A stretch of DNA of 64,000 nucleotides from Acidimicrobiales bacterium (lineage in GTDB: Bacteria; Actinomycetota; Acidimicrobiia; Acidimicrobiales; CATQHL01): the NCBI GenBank assembly GCA_965220035.1, contig CBDCPC010000002.1, positions 1,466,151-1,530,150 of the forward strand. Direction: 5' to 3'. Both the position numbers and the translations under genes were made by a program. Within the stretch, counting starts at the first letter, position 1. Each line of letters opens with the position of its first letter. The notes beneath the pieces are model-generated. The model worked only from the letters and a program-made list of their open reading frames with translations. It was not told where the DNA came from and searched no databases. Below, piece by piece: positions 56,945-64,000 of this stretch.

Positions 56945-57496
56945 GTGGCGAACCACGTGACCGACGGGTACAACCCGGACTTCGATCCGACCGGTATCGA
57001 GGGCGGCGTCGACACCAACGCGCTCCCCTGGCTGGACATCCCCCAAGCCCCCGGTCTGCGCTTCAAGCCGCTGCGGGCGAGTGGCGAGACCGGGATGATC
57101 TCCGCCGTTGTGGGACTTGCTGCGGGGACCGCTCTGGCACCGATGGTGCATCTGGGCCCGGCCGACTTCCTGCTGCTGAGCGGCCGGATCGGCTACCGCG
57201 CCGGGCCGCCGGAAGGCTACGGACGCGGCGTCTGGTTCTACGAGCCGGCCGGCGCCCGTCACGACTCAACCCGGCGCCTTGGCGACGAGGACCTCGTCTA
57301 CACGGCCAACGTCTACGGGCCGATCCAATTCGACGACGGCCCCGGCACTCCGATCAGTGCCGTCCAGTCGTGGATGCAGTACAAGGCGGCCGCCGAGGCG
57401 AGTGGGCGCCCGCTGGTGGCCAACGTGTTCGACGGCGACTCGTCCCTCCTGGCCTGGTCGCCGCTGGGGAGCAACGCCGCCGCCCCGACCGGTTGA
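56945..57496 (+). CDS. cupin-fold protein (2,4'-dihydroxyacetophenone-dioxygenase-like)
   Basis: GTG 56945 (or 56957) in the frame of ORF 56735..57496. NALPWLDIPQAPGLRFKPLR...VWFYEPAGARHDS. Confidence 0.55.
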   Translation: MANHVTDGYNPDFDPTGIEGGVDTNALPWLDIPQAPGLRFKPLRASGETGMISAVVGLAAGTALAPMVHLGPADFLLLSGRIGYRAGPPEGYGRGVWFYEPAGARHDSTRRLGDEDLVYTANVYGPIQFDDGPGTPISAVQSWMQYKAAAEASGRPLVANVFDGDSSLLAWSPLGSNAAAPTG

Positions 57497-57514
57497 GCCG
57501 CTTAGGATCCGAGC

Positions 57515-57838
57515 GTGATCTTCATCGTCGTGAGATTCAGGACGAAGCCGGAGTGGGCGGAGCGATGGCTCGACCTCGTCGGTGAGTTCACCGAGGCCAC
57601 CCGCGCCGAGCCCGGCAACCTCTTCTTCGACTGGTCGCGCAGCGTGGACGACCCGAACGAGTTCGTCCTGGTCGAAGCCTTCGAGCCCGACGGCGCCGGG
57701 CCCCACGTCAACAGCGATCACTTCGAGCAGGCCATGCAGGACATGCCCCAGGCCCTCGCCGAAACCCCGCACATCATCAACACCACCATCGAGGGCGCGC
57801 ACGGCTGGTCGCGGATGGGCGAACTTGCCATCGACTGA
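57515..57838 (+). CDS. ABM-family (antibiotic biosynthesis monooxygenase-like) protein
   Basis: 107 aa, GTG start. IFIVVRFRTKPE...EPGNLFFDWSRSVDDPNEFVLVEAF. Confidence 0.7.
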   Translation: MIFIVVRFRTKPEWAERWLDLVGEFTEATRAEPGNLFFDWSRSVDDPNEFVLVEAFEPDGAGPHVNSDHFEQAMQDMPQALAETPHIINTTIEGAHGWSRMGELAID

Positions 57839-57882
57839 GCCAAGCGTCGTCACGCCGCCCTCAGGCATGACAGAATCGGCCA

Positions 57883-59355
57883 ATGAGCAGATCCCCCGCC
57901 GAGGCAATGGGTACTCGGGCCACGCCGCCGTTGCCGGAGGGGCTCGTGGCGGTGGTGAAGCGCGACTGCCCCACCTGCGAGTTGGTGGTGCCGGTCCTAA
58001 ACGACCTGCAGCAACGCGCCGACCTGACCGTCATCACCCAGGACGACCCGGCGTTTCCCGCCGACTCCGATTGGGTCCTGCACGATGCCGATCTGGCGCT
58101 CTCCTGGCATCACGACATCGAGACTGTGCCGACGCTGCTGCGGGTCATCGATGGCAGCGGTGTTGAACACACTGAGGGCTGGGCGCGTGGCGAGTGGGAG
58201 CGGCTCTCGGGCGTCGACGGCTTGGGCGACGGCCTGCCCGAATGGCGCCCGGGTTGCGGCTCGCTGAGCGTCGATCCGGCGCACGCAGATGAACTCGCCG
58301 TTCGCTTCGGCGACTCGCCGCTGCACAGCCGCCGCGTGGAACTGGCGGCGCTGGAGGACGAATGGGAGGCGATGTGGGACCGGGGCTGGTCCGACGGTCT
58401 GCCCATCGTGCCGCCGACCTCCGAGCGGGTGGTGCGCATGCTCGAAGGCACGACACGCCACCCCGGCGATGTCGTGGCGACCGTGCCACCGGACCTCGCC
58501 GAGGTCACCGTCGAGAAGATGGCGGTCAACGCCGTGATGGCCGGCTGCCGGCCCGAGTACCTGCCGGTGGTGATCGCCGCCGTCGAGGCGGTCTGCACCG
58601 ACGAGTTCAACATGCACGGCGTGCTGGCCACCACCATGAGCGTCGGGCCGGTACTCGTGATCAACGGCCCCGTGGCGAGTCGCATCGGCATGAACAGCGG
58701 CATCAACGCCCTCGGTCAGGGCAACCGGGCGAACTCGACAATCGGACGGGCCACCCAACTGGTGGTCCGCAACGTCGGCGGCGGGCGACCGGGCGCCGCG
58801 GACCGGGCCGCCCTCGGCTCCCCGGCGAAGGTGGGGTTCTGCTTCGCCGAGGCCGAGGACACCTCGCCGTGGACCACCCTGGCAGAGAGCCGCGGCTGGC
58901 GCCGCGATCAGTCCACGGTCACCGCCTTCGCCGGCGAGTCGCCCCGGATCCTGGCCGACGAGCGTTCCCGCAGCCCCGAGTCACTGACGAGGCACTTGGC
59001 GCTGGCGCTGCGGGCATCGGTGTCGCCCCGGGCGATGCTGGCCATGGACGGGATGCTCGTCATCCCGCCCGAGCACATGGCCCGCTTCGCCGAGGCCGGC
59101 TGGAGCAGGGACCGCTTCATGGCCGAACTCACCGAGGAGTTGCTGACCGACGCTGACGAGTTGCTCGCCGGTGCGGGCGGCATCGCGGCGGGGCTCCCCC
59201 CGGCAGCGGCCGGGCGGCGCATCGGCAAGTTCCGGCCCGGCGGTCTGCTCGTCGTCCACGCCGGCGGCCCCGCGGGGCCGTTCTCCGCGATCATGGCCGG
59301 CTGGCTCAACGGCCCCCGCGCCAGCGATCCGGTCACCCGCGAGATCACGCTCTAG
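57883..59355 (+). CDS. thioredoxin-fold (CPTC) N-domain fused to a large domain of unknown function
   Basis: 490 aa. VKRDCPTCELVVPVL redox motif. Remainder conserved-looking but unrecognised. Confidence 0.75.
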   Translation: MSRSPAEAMGTRATPPLPEGLVAVVKRDCPTCELVVPVLNDLQQRADLTVITQDDPAFPADSDWVLHDADLALSWHHDIETVPTLLRVIDGSGVEHTEGWARGEWERLSGVDGLGDGLPEWRPGCGSLSVDPAHADELAVRFGDSPLHSRRVELAALEDEWEAMWDRGWSDGLPIVPPTSERVVRMLEGTTRHPGDVVATVPPDLAEVTVEKMAVNAVMAGCRPEYLPVVIAAVEAVCTDEFNMHGVLATTMSVGPVLVINGPVASRIGMNSGINALGQGNRANSTIGRATQLVVRNVGGGRPGAADRAALGSPAKVGFCFAEAEDTSPWTTLAESRGWRRDQSTVTAFAGESPRILADERSRSPESLTRHLALALRASVSPRAMLAMDGMLVIPPEHMARFAEAGWSRDRFMAELTEELLTDADELLAGAGGIAAGLPPAAAGRRIGKFRPGGLLVVHAGGPAGPFSAIMAGWLNGPRASDPVTREITL

Positions 59356-59393
59356 CCATGCGCCAGATGGCCTGTTCGTCACGTCCGCTTGCG

Positions 59394-59428
59394 GCTGCAC
59401 AATGGATTCCGGCCTCCGCCGGAATGAC
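59394..59428 (+). repeat. 35-bp hairpin repeat (REP-like), copy 2
   Basis: GCTGCACAATGGATTCCGGCCTCCGCCGGAATGAC. Lies 39 nt after the 57883..59355 stop and 76 nt before the UGSC gene start. Confidence 0.7.
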
Positions 59429-59503
59429 AGAATGGGTTGTTCGCAGCACCAACCCGGAGCCGCAGAATCGCCCGCAGCCCCGCTCCCGCTTGGAGGAAGT
59501 GCC

Positions 59504-60028
59504 ATGACCACCGTCCTCGACCCCACCGCCGAGCGCGCCCCCGCCGGTCGGCTGCGGGCCCCCCGGCCCGACTCGCTCGCCGGGCGCACCGTCGGCCTGC
59601 TCGACATCTCCAAGCCCCGGGGCAACCTGTTCCTCGACCGCATCGGTGAACGCCTCACCGAACTCGGCGCCACCGTGAACCGCTACACCAAGCCCGCCTA
59701 CACCAAGCCCGCCCCGGTGGACCTACGCCACGAGATCGCCACGAACTGCGACGCGGTGATCGAGGCTCTGGCCGATTGAGGATCCTGCGTGTCGTGCAGT
59801 GTGCACGACGTCAGCGATCTGGAGCGCCGCGGCACACCGGCCGTGTTCGTGTCGACGGAGCACTTCGTCTCGGCAGTGACCACGCAGTCCGAGGCGCTCG
59901 GATTCGACGCCACCACGGTGCTCACCCGCCACCCCATCCAGGACCGCACCGACGAGGAGATGGCCGCCATCGCCGACGCCGCCTTCGAGGAGCTTGTGCT
60001 GGCGCTGTCGGAGGGGCGGGACCTCTAG
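59504..60028 (+). CDS. UGSC-motif candidate selenoprotein (in-frame UGA 59777..59779 read as Sec); 174 codons
   Basis: ATG 59504 with GGAGGAAG 6 nt upstream. ORF 59171..59779 ends ...AVIEALAD-TGA and ORF 59789..60028 is in the same frame. Read-through gives AD-U-GSCVSCSVHDVSDLERRG. A hairpin lies 11 nt after the UGA. Confidence 0.7.
59791..59809 (+). promoter_or_regulatory. SECIS-like hairpin downstream of UGA
   Basis: GTCGTGCA-GTG-TGCACGAC, perfect 8-bp arms (probably a 7-bp stem + AGUGU loop), extendable by two G-U pairs. The stem starts 11 nt 3' of the UGA. Confidence 0.55.
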
Positions 60029-60870
60029 TACAACTCGGGGACGAACGTCTGATCCGACATCGGCGGGCGCACGTAGCCGACCCGCTCCTGGCGCTCGGGC
60101 AACTCGACCTCCTCCCACGGCACCGGCTCGTAGGGGATCATCGAGAGCAGGTGCGAGATGCAGTTCAGCCGGGCCGCCTTCTTGGAATCGGCGTTGACCA
60201 CGTACCACGGCGCCTGCTTGATGTCGGTGTGCGCGAACAGCGTGTCCTTGGCCTTGGAGAACTCCACCCAGCGGGCGCGGCCCTCGAGATCCATCTGCGA
60301 GAGCTTCCAGCGCCTCGTCGGATCGGAGATCCGGTTCTGGAACCGGCGCTCCTGCTCGGCGTCGCTCACCGAGAACCAGTACTTGATGAGGATGACCCCG
60401 GACCGCACCAGCATCCGCTCGAACTCCGGGCAGGACCGCAGGAACTCGCGGTACTCCTGCTCGGTGCAGAACCCCATCACGGGCTCCACGAGGCCGCGGT
60501 TGTACCAACTCCGGTCGAAGAGGACCATCTCCCCCGCCGCCGGCAACTCCTCCACGTAGCGCTGGAACCACCACTGGGTCTTCTCCCGGTCGCTCGGCGT
60601 CCCCAGCGCCACCACCCGCGCCACCCGCGGGTTCAGCCGCTCGGTAATCCGCTTGATCACGCCGCCCTTGCCCGCGGCGTCACGCCCCTCGAAGATCACC
60701 ACCACCTTGAGGCCCTTGTGGCGGATCCAGCGCTGCAACCGCACCAGTTCCTCCTGCAGGCGCGCCAACTCCCGTTCGTAGTCCTTGGCCTTGATCTTCT
60801 TGCGCCGTTCGGGGGCGGGCGCGTCCGATCCGGCGGTTCCCAGCAGGTCGACGCCTGGGTCCGGGCTCAT
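60025..60870 (-). CDS. ppk2: polyphosphate kinase 2 (PPK2)
   Basis: ATG 60870 inside ORF 60025..61365. VVVIFEGRDAAGKGGVIKRI, LFDRSWYNRGLVE, WKLSQMD. Its stop and the UGSC gene stop share the palindrome CTAG 60025..60028. Confidence 0.9.
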   Translation of the reverse strand: MSPDPGVDLLGTAGSDAPAPERRKKIKAKDYERELARLQEELVRLQRWIRHKGLKVVVIFEGRDAAGKGGVIKRITERLNPRVARVVALGTPSDREKTQWWFQRYVEELPAAGEMVLFDRSWYNRGLVEPVMGFCTEQEYREFLRSCPEFERMLVRSGVILIKYWFSVSDAEQERRFQNRISDPTRRWKLSQMDLEGRARWVEFSKAKDTLFAHTDIKQAPWYVVNADSKKAARLNCISHLLSMIPYEPVPWEEVELPERQERVGYVRPPMSDQTFVPELY

Positions 60871-61055
60871 GCGCGAAGAGTACGCCCCGGCCACGCCCCC
60901 CGGCAATCGAATCGGAGCCGCACTCCAGTTTCCCAGCTGCACCGAGCGCGGCCAGATCGTCCGCGCCATCGCAGGCACGTATCCCCTCGAGCAAATCCAC
61001 GCGGCACAGGCCGCGTTCGAGCGCAAGGACCATGTCGGCTCGCCAGTGATGCGGC

Positions 61056-61620
61056 TCACACCAGGATGCCGAGGGGGACGGCGGCGATGCGGTCGTCGAG
61101 ACGGAACGCCACGGTGCCGGGATGGACCACCAGGCCGGCACGGAACACCTCGCCGAGGCGGTCCCGCAGGCCCACGAGGTGCGGCGGAGCTTGCGGGCGT
61201 TGCGTGCCGCCGGGGCGATCTCGGCGAGGTCGCGCGCCACGGCAAGATCCAGGTAGGTGCGCAGAGCCTCATGATGATCGGTGGGGTCCGCCGCGAGATA
61301 CCCCGGCAGTCCCGACTCCGCCGTCGGCGCCACCTGCGCGGCCGGCGAGAGTTCGGATCGGACACGTCGCACGGCGTCGATCCCGTGTTCGGGGAGATCC
61401 GCGAGAGGCACCGCCGGGACCTGACCCCGTCGCTCGGAGAGGATCATCGGCCGCAGCCGCAGCGGGAGGATCCTTCCGGCGCCGGCATGGATGTCGGCGG
61501 TGACCGCCGTCCGGGCCGACCCGCTCAGGATGAAACGCCCCGGCGTCCGATCCTCATCGATCATCCGGCGCACCGCATCTTCCGACAAGCATCCCGTCAG
61601 ATCAGGCGGCGAGTGTGGAC
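61056..61620 (-). pseudogene. DUF4143 AAA ATPase pseudogene (frameshifted, central region deleted)
   Basis: GRFILSGSARTAV...GAGRILPLRLRPMILSERRG parallels GRYIITGSARNDL...GTGRFLDIQMWPLTGRERFG of 28376..29554. The C-terminus HLVGLRDRLGEVFRAGLVVHPGTVAFRLDDRIAAVPLGILV* is in another frame. No Walker A found. Confidence 0.6.
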
Positions 61621-61993
61621 ACGACGGCGCCCCACCGCCCGGGGTGGCGCGCCCACGCTCGTGACGTCGTGGTCTCCGACGAGCCGCCGGGCAGGGCGCG
61701 CCGCGTGCTGCCGGCACGCTCCGCCCCTCGTCGATTCCGGGAGAACTCAACGGAGAGAGCACTCCCAGGATGGACACTCAACTGCGTCCGATCTGCGATC
61801 AACTCCGCCGCCGCAGCGACGACGGTCAGACCGGAGCGATGCCGTGGTGGCGTTGGGTGAAGTGGCGGTCCTTCCGGCGGTCATGGCGAGGCGGCGGATG
61901 AGTTCGTCGCCATGCACCGGTGGCCGGAGGTGACGCCGGCCACCGGCTGTCAGATCAGACCAGGACCCCGCTCGCTAGGGTTGCGCCATCTGG

Positions 61994-64000
61994 ATGTCTG
62001 GTGTAACGAGACCGCTCGCTCGCGCCGGTGTCATCATCGTCGCCGCGGCGATCAGTCTCGCCGCGCTCCCCTCCGCGGTCGCCGGCCAGGATGACGGGAC
62101 CGGGGAGGACGGCACCGAGTCCGAGGAGAACGCCACCGGGTCCGAGGAGAGCGCCGCCGAGGAGGCAGCACCGGAATTCTCCGCCGTAGCCGCCGGTGCC
62201 AATCACACCTGCGGGATCCACAGCGACGGCACCGTGGCGTGCTGGGGCGAGAACGGCTGGGGGCAGGCCGATCCCCCGGTCGGACAGTTCGACATGGTCA
62301 CAGCCGGGATTGGCCATTCGTGCGGGTTGCGCAAGAGCCTCACCGTCATCTGCTGAGGGGACAACACCTACCGGCAAACGGATTCACCGTCGGGGCATTT
62401 CGTCGCCGTCGCGGCCGGCACCTACCACTCGTGCGCCGTGCGCAACGGCGGAGACATCGTGTGCTGGGGCACCAACGCTTCCAGCCAGACGGCTGCGAAG
62501 ATCGGCAAGTACAGCGACGTCGCTGCCGGCGCCGTGCATTCGTGCGGGCTGCGCACCGACGCCACCATCGTCTGCTGGGGCGACAACGGCAACGGCCAGA
62601 CCGATGCCCCGGAAGGCGAGTTCACCGCCATCGCCGGCGGCGATCGACACTCGTGCGCGATGCGCACCGACACCACCATCACCTGCTGGGGGGCCAACGC
62701 CTCCGGCCAGACCGACGCGCCGGAAGGTGCGTTCAGCGCCGTAGCCGGAGGGCTCTGGTATTCGTGCGGTCTGCGCAGCGACGGCACCGCCACCTGCTGG
62801 GGCGACAACACCTTCGGCCAGGCGACCGCCCCCGACGGAGAGTTCACCGCCGTCACCGGCGGCTTCTGGCATTCATGCGGGCTGCGCAGCGATGCCACCA
62901 TCGCCTGCTGGGGTGACGACCGCCGACCGACCAACGTTCCCGCTGCGCGATTTGGCGCATTGAGTTCTGGGGCCGAGCATGCGTGCGGGGTGCGCACCGA
63001 TGCCACCATCACCTGCTGGGGCAACAACACCTCCGGGCGATCCGGCGCCCCCGACGGGCAGTTCGACGTGGTGTCAGCCGGTACGTGGCACACGTGCGGG
63101 GTGCGCACCGACGCCACCATCACCTGCTGGGGCGAGAACTCCTACGCGCAGACCGACGCCCCCGACGGGCAGTACAGCGCCGTCAGCGCAGGGTGGTTGT
63201 ACTCGTGCGGATTGCGCACCGACGCCACCATCGTCTGCTGGGGCGACAACGCCCACGGCCAGACCGAGGCACCTGATGGACAGTTCACGGCCGTGGCGGC
63301 GGGCGGAACGTCCTCGTGCGGGTTGCGCAGCGACGCCACCGTCGTCTGCTGGGGCGACGACACGTACGGCCAGGGCGACGCCCCAGAGGGAAGTTTCACT
63401 GTGATTGCGGTCGCGGACGGGCATTCGTGCGGGGTCCGGAGCGACGCCACCATCGCCTGCTGGGGCGGCAACTGGAACGGCCAGAGCGACGCTCCCGACG
63501 GGCACTTCAGCAACGTCAGCGCCGGCACCCGGCACTCCTGCGGGCTGCGCAGCGACGCCACCATCGCCTGCTGGGGCGGCAACTGGAACGGCCAGAGCGA
63601 CGCTCCCGACGGGCACTTCAGCAACGTCAGCGCCGGCACCCGGCACTCCTGCGGGCTGCGCAGCGACGGCACCATCGCCTGCTGGGGTGACGACGGTCGG
63701 TTGGTCGACCCGCCCGGCGGGAACTTCAGCACCGTCACCACGGGGGATCGCCACGCCTGCGGGCTGCGTGCCGACGGCACCGCCACGTGTTGGGAGTTGG
63801 CGCCGGTTGTGCCGGCGCCCGACGGCGTGCAGCTCGTGTCCCTGGCGGACCCGAGCGCTTGCCGCCCGTACGGTGTCCACCACGACGTGACGGCAGGATT
63901 CCCTCCACCTGCCAACGCCGTCGACGCCATCGGGACGGTACGAATCGGCGTGCTGTTCCTGGACTTCCCCGACGCCGCCGCCGCGCACTCCACCCGCCGC
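61994..64000 (+). pseudogene. secreted RCC1-like beta-propeller repeat protein; in-frame TGA at 62354..62356; 3' end beyond window
   Basis: Signal peptide (VIIVAAAISLAALPSAVAG), acidic linker, then 15 repeats of about 37 aa (..HxCG[LV]R.D.T..CWG.N..GQ.D.P.G.F..). Hand translation shows the frame stays open from 62357 to 64000. The ORF track lacks it because no stop is reached. Confidence 0.8.
63440..63661 (+). repeat. perfect 2 x 111-bp tandem duplication (one propeller blade)
   Basis: 63440..63550 and 63551..63661 are identical by eye (SDATIACWGGNWNGQSDAPDGHFSNVSAGTRHSCGLR twice). Confidence 0.85.

Noticed and set aside
60025-60028. Shared CTAG giving stop codons for both convergent genes (UGSC gene and ppk2)
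   Set aside because: This is real but trivial: a 4-bp palindromic overlap of convergent stops with no evident regulatory meaning.
62354-62356. Idea that TGA encodes Trp (genetic code 4/25) in this organism
   Set aside because: Many well-supported genes in the window terminate at TGA at the expected protein ends (for example hipB 9256..9258, IS3 orfA 20574..20576). The GC content is far from that of code-4 lineages. Fourteen other CWG motifs use TGG.
61994-64000. RCC1 repeat DNA or other periodic regions as a CRISPR array
   Set aside because: The repeats are about 111 bp coding units with variable sequence and no spacer/repeat architecture. No short direct repeats with unique spacers, and no cas genes, were seen anywhere in the window.

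Overview
High-GC (by eye roughly 68-70%) bacterial chromosome fragment. Gene content suggests Actinomycetota, possibly Acidimicrobiia-like, but this cannot be verified here. nt 1-30 kb is an accessory island saturated with insertion sequences: IS630, IS1182, an unassigned DDE transposase gene split by IS1380, IS21 istB debris, IS982 x3, IS1380 x2 plus a remnant, IS110, IS3, and a 120-bp MITE x2. These are interleaved with toxin-antitoxin and defence-type genes: an orphan jetD-like gene, two hipBA pairs, hepT/mntA, a NERD + Zn-ribbon protein, a TM + KAP P-loop NTPase, a PLD-like nuclease, a DEDDh exonuclease-BRCT gene split by IS3, AbiEi/AbiEii-like pseudogenes, RHH/Doc, a DUF4143 ATPase and arfB. 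30-40 kb holds transporter and hydrolase genes with two more IS982 copies. 40.6-46.2 kb is a minus-strand cluster of PAPS synthase, a DUF1214-like protein, a sulfotransferase and an SDR. 47-57 kb encodes two giant secreted multidomain proteins: one with a PPDK_N-type PEP/ATP-utilising domain plus cadherin domains, the other with CotH kinase + lamin-tail + M1 peptidase. 57-60 kb is a redox-type cluster ending in a gene with an in-frame UGA inside a U-G-S-C motif, followed by a SECIS-like hairpin. This is a candidate selenoprotein that the ORF track splits in two. 62-64 kb is a secreted RCC1-like propeller gene with TGA replacing a conserved Trp codon and a perfect 2 x 111-bp tandem duplication. 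All family names rest on motif recognition by eye; no database search or computation beyond manual indexing and translation was possible.
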